This document shows positions 16,418 through 17,278 of a DNA stretch of 17,278 bases, piece by piece. The position numbers and the translations under genes are program-made. The notes beneath the pieces were generated by a model. That model was not told where the DNA came from. It saw only the letters and a program-made list of their open reading frames with translations, and ran no database searches. The first letter of the stretch is position 1; the number at the start of each line of letters is the position of its first letter. The stretch comes from Thermodesulfovibrionales bacterium (lineage in GTDB: Bacteria; Nitrospirota; Thermodesulfovibrionia; Thermodesulfovibrionales; SM23-35), in assembly GCA_963715195.1 (NCBI GenBank), contig CAVQRT010000015.1, positions 1 to 17,278 of the forward strand. The letters run 5' to 3'.

Positions 16418-16701
16418 CGACCGAAGGCTTTCGCTAAAAAATCCCGTTCCACCGTCAATTGCCCGATCTTAGCGTGCAACTCCTTGACCTGTACCTCGTG
16501 AGCTACGTCATCCCGACTTGGCTTCCCTGCAAATACGTCACTAAGCCCTTTCAGTGCCTGTTTCTTCCAGTCGCTTACCTGATTGGGGTGAATATTGAAC
16601 CGCGCTGCGATCTCTGCAATCGTTGATTCTTCCTTCAACGCCTCGCGTGCTACTTTTGCCTTGAATTCCGCCGAATACCTGTTCCTTTTCGTCTTGCTCA
16701 T
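16414..16701 (-). CDS. IS3 transposase OrfA (HTH)
   Basis: RYSAEFKAKVA..AL, IAARFNIHPNQVSDWKKQ, ELHAKIGQLTVERDFL; SD AAGGAGG; slippery T TTT TTA at 16441-16435. Confidence 0.93.
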   Translation of the reverse strand: MSKTKRNRYSAEFKAKVAREALKEESTIAEIAARFNIHPNQVSDWKKQALKGLSDVFAGKPSRDDVAHEVQVKELHAKIGQLTVERDFLAKAFGR

Positions 16702-16773
16702 CCCGGTGTGACCTCCTTACGCTTGTCGTATTTTACACCTTATACGACTGTCCGATTTCAGGGGTCCACCTCT

Positions 16774-17278
16774 ATCTTTGCGATATTGACTTTTTGCATA
16801 AATGTTTAGAGTGCCTGAAAAGGGTATCCCCAGATTGCTAAAAATTATTTTCAATTCCTCAGAAAGATTTTCGTATTTACCGACATAATCAACAATGATA
16901 TGTTTATGATTAAGATTGTCAGTATATAAAGGATAGTTAAAAGGAATTAGATATCCCTTACGTATCCAATCCTCAAAGGTAAGTTTATTTCCAAAAAATA
17001 AATAATTTACAGAGTGATACTGTGATATCATTTTATCCCAGGGATTCCTTTCAAAACAAAACTTGAAATAATCATTCCAAATTTTTTTATTAACCCTATT
17101 TTTTACAATAAAGGCAGGCATATGATTGTAGAATCCTGCATAATTTCTTGGTATATGTCCAACTTCTGCAGGTCCGACTGGCGTAAAAATATCATCCTCA
17201 GCACATAAGTCTGAAAGATACACTTCAATACTTGTACCTGCCGTTTTAAATGTCTTTACGAAAATAAATTTATACTTG
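16774..17278 (-). pseudogene. Sulfotransferase family 2 protein, N-terminal part (start beyond window), interrupted by IS3
   Basis: Frame open from the window edge: KYKFIFVKTFKTAGTSIE (5'-PSB motif), YFKFCFERNPWDKMIS (3'-PB motif), VDYVGKYENL. Confidence 0.88.

Larger units (their letters stand above)
15489..16773 (-). mobile_element. IS3-family insertion sequence (1285 bp)
   Basis: Imperfect IRs AGAAGTGGACCCCATTGGTTGGACAGT / AGAGGTGGACCCCTGAAATCGGACAGT; flanking ATC duplication (15486-15488, 16774-16776); orfA/orfB organisation. Confidence 0.93.
7939..17278. mobile_element. Putative genomic island / accessory region starting at the 3' end of selC (right end not defined in window)
   Basis: Visible shift to AT-rich sequence after the tRNA; small orphan genes, introns and an IS. 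No integrase or tRNA 3' duplication seen in the window. Confidence 0.55.

Noticed and set aside
16717..16773. C-terminus RGGPLKSDSRIRCKIRQA of the 168-aa ORF
   Set aside because: Read-through into the IS end; the true C-terminus is at 15387-15488.
1..17278. CRISPR array or rRNA
   Set aside because: No regularly spaced repeats or rRNA-like sequence seen.

Overview
Bacterial window, probably from an anaerobic Nitrospirota/Desulfobacterota-like organism (inferred from gene content and repeats). Left part (1-7800) is core genome: 3' part of a TonB gene, a DUF3553-like gene, a c-di-GMP signalling pair (REC-HD-GYP phosphodiesterase and a 1020-aa hybrid kinase ending in a pseudo-receiver and a degenerate GGDEF domain), then ogt, cutA, a nitrilase-family gene, nfi and a convergent Mth938-like gene. 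tRNA-Sec (selC, 7841-7938) is followed by an AT-richer accessory region with small hypothetical genes, a TetR regulator, two methyltransferases and a SnoaL-like gene. The most striking element is a nested group II intron (twintron) on the minus strand. An ORF-less 722-nt outer intron (15285->12622) has a non-canonical GCAUG 5' end with a compensating epsilon' change. A 1942-nt RT-encoding inner intron (14620->12679) sits in the outer intron's catalytic domain V. The inner intron's EBS1 is complementary to the DV 3' strand, while its own DV is recoded so it does not match. At the right end, a frameshifted IS3-family element interrupts a sulfotransferase gene. All calls come from reading the sequence by eye; no searches were run.
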